A DNA stretch of 64,000 bases from Marsupella aquatica (Eukaryota > Plantae > Marchantiophyta), in contig OZ316892.1 of NCBI GenBank assembly GCA_973895155.1, positions 25,877,233 to 25,941,232 on the forward strand. Direction: 5' to 3'. A model generated the notes under the pieces. It saw only the letters and a list, made by a program, of their open reading frames with translations. It did not search any database and was not told the DNA's origin. This document shows, one piece after another, positions 63,058 to 64,000 of the stretch (position 1 is its first letter; every line of letters begins with the position of its first letter). A program made the translations under genes and the position numbers.

Positions 63058-63462
63058 CTTGCCTCGCTCCAAGAGCGTCATACACTTACCTTTCATCAGG
63101 AGCATCCTACCCTTTCTTTTCTCCAAGGGCATCCGCTCTCCATTGCCTCGCCATCAGAGCGTCCCTCAACCGCCTTGCCCCTAGAGCAACCCTCCATCGC
63201 CTAGCCGCTAGAGTGACCCTCATTCACCTTGCCCCTAGAGCGTCTCTCCATCGCCTCGCCCCTAGAGCGACCCTCATTCACCTCGCCCCTAGAGCGACCC
63301 TCCATCGCCTCGCCTCTAGAGCGACCCTCCATCGCCTCGCCCCTAGAGCAACCCTCCATCGCCTCACCCCTAGAGCGACCCTCCATCGCCTCGCCCCTAG
63401 AGCGTCCCTCAATCGCCTCGCCCCTAGAGCGTCGCAACCTTGCCTCGCTCCAAGAGCGTCCC
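63058..63462. repeat. Tandem array of ~10+ 27-bp units built on the same palindromic core
   Basis: cgcctcgcccctagagcgaccctccat repeated at a 27-bp period from ~63171 to 63440, with degenerate copies at both ends. Confidence 0.9.
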
Positions 63463-63522
63463 TGACCTTAGAATCCAGTTGTGTAAAGCCAATACACATA
63501 AACTCCCAAATATGTTTTTCCT

Positions 63523-63996
63523 TTAAATAGAATTCAAATGTTTAGATCTAATATTGTAATATCTAGAGTAGTGCTTATCAGTATGCACATCAGCTGAACA
63601 ATTTTTAAATGTTTTTGGATGCAGAGATCCTTTTGCTACCATGAGTAAATTTATGCGAGGGGATGAAGTTTCATTGATAATTGATGGTTTTGAAGTGGCA
63701 ATTGGGACCATCCAAAAGGTTGATCCCAAAGACACTATACACAATATTTGTCTTGGGAAAAATCGAATTGGGGTCCTTATCGAGAGGTGTCTTGAAACAT
63801 CTTGTCCACTACCATTTCCATCCAAAACATCATCGAGCCTAGGTGATGCAGTTGACTCATGTATGATCTGGGATTCTTCCTTGGCATATTTGAGGTCTTC
63901 AACATTGCCGAAAAGAACCGCTGTGGATGGTGTTCCTACTCCAGTGGACGGGGATGAAGGATGTTCCGAAATGGATGTTGGTGGTAAAGGAGGCAA
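63523..63996 (-). CDS. 3' end of an unidentified ORF running in from beyond the window
   Basis: Open frame from the window edge to TAA at 63525-63523; no motif recognised. Confidence 0.35.
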   Translation of the reverse strand: MPPLPPTSISEHPSSPSTGVGTPSTAVLFGNVEDLKYAKEESQIIHESTASPRLDDVLDGNGSGQDVSRHLSIRTPIRFFPRQILCIVSLGSTFWMVPIATSKPSIINETSSPRINLLMVAKGSLHPKTFKNCSADVHTDKHYSRYYNIRSKHLNSI

Positions 63997-64000
63997 CCTT

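Overview
Eukaryotic nuclear DNA from a land plant, most likely a bryophyte such as a liverwort (inference from GT-AG introns, telobox motifs and gene families). Four intact-looking host genes: an intronless F-box gene (+), a 2-exon triple-CCCH zinc-finger gene (-), an 8-exon TrmO/TsaA-like tRNA methyltransferase (-) and an 8-exon Bin3/MePCE-like RNA methyltransferase (-). Between them lie gene debris (a 1.14-kb local copy of TrmO exons 2-5; a broken 3' half of a MAP3K-epsilon gene), two MITEs, a deleted Copia element and a trypsin-like protease ORF. The right 26 kb is accessory DNA. It holds a ~10.4-kb hAT (DUF659-type) element with long degenerate inverted repeats that carries kinase and RING-finger ORFs, and a decayed ~1,190-codon TE-type coiled-coil ORF. 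The main find is a spliced minus-strand gene at 55.9-62.0 kb. Once its in-frame stops are read through, it fuses a ParB/Srx-like domain, a prokaryote-type N4/N6 (beta-class) DNA methyltransferase fold and an FCP1-like HAD phosphatase, and it is surrounded by arrays of a 21-bp palindrome. All domain calls come from motifs read by eye; no searches were run.
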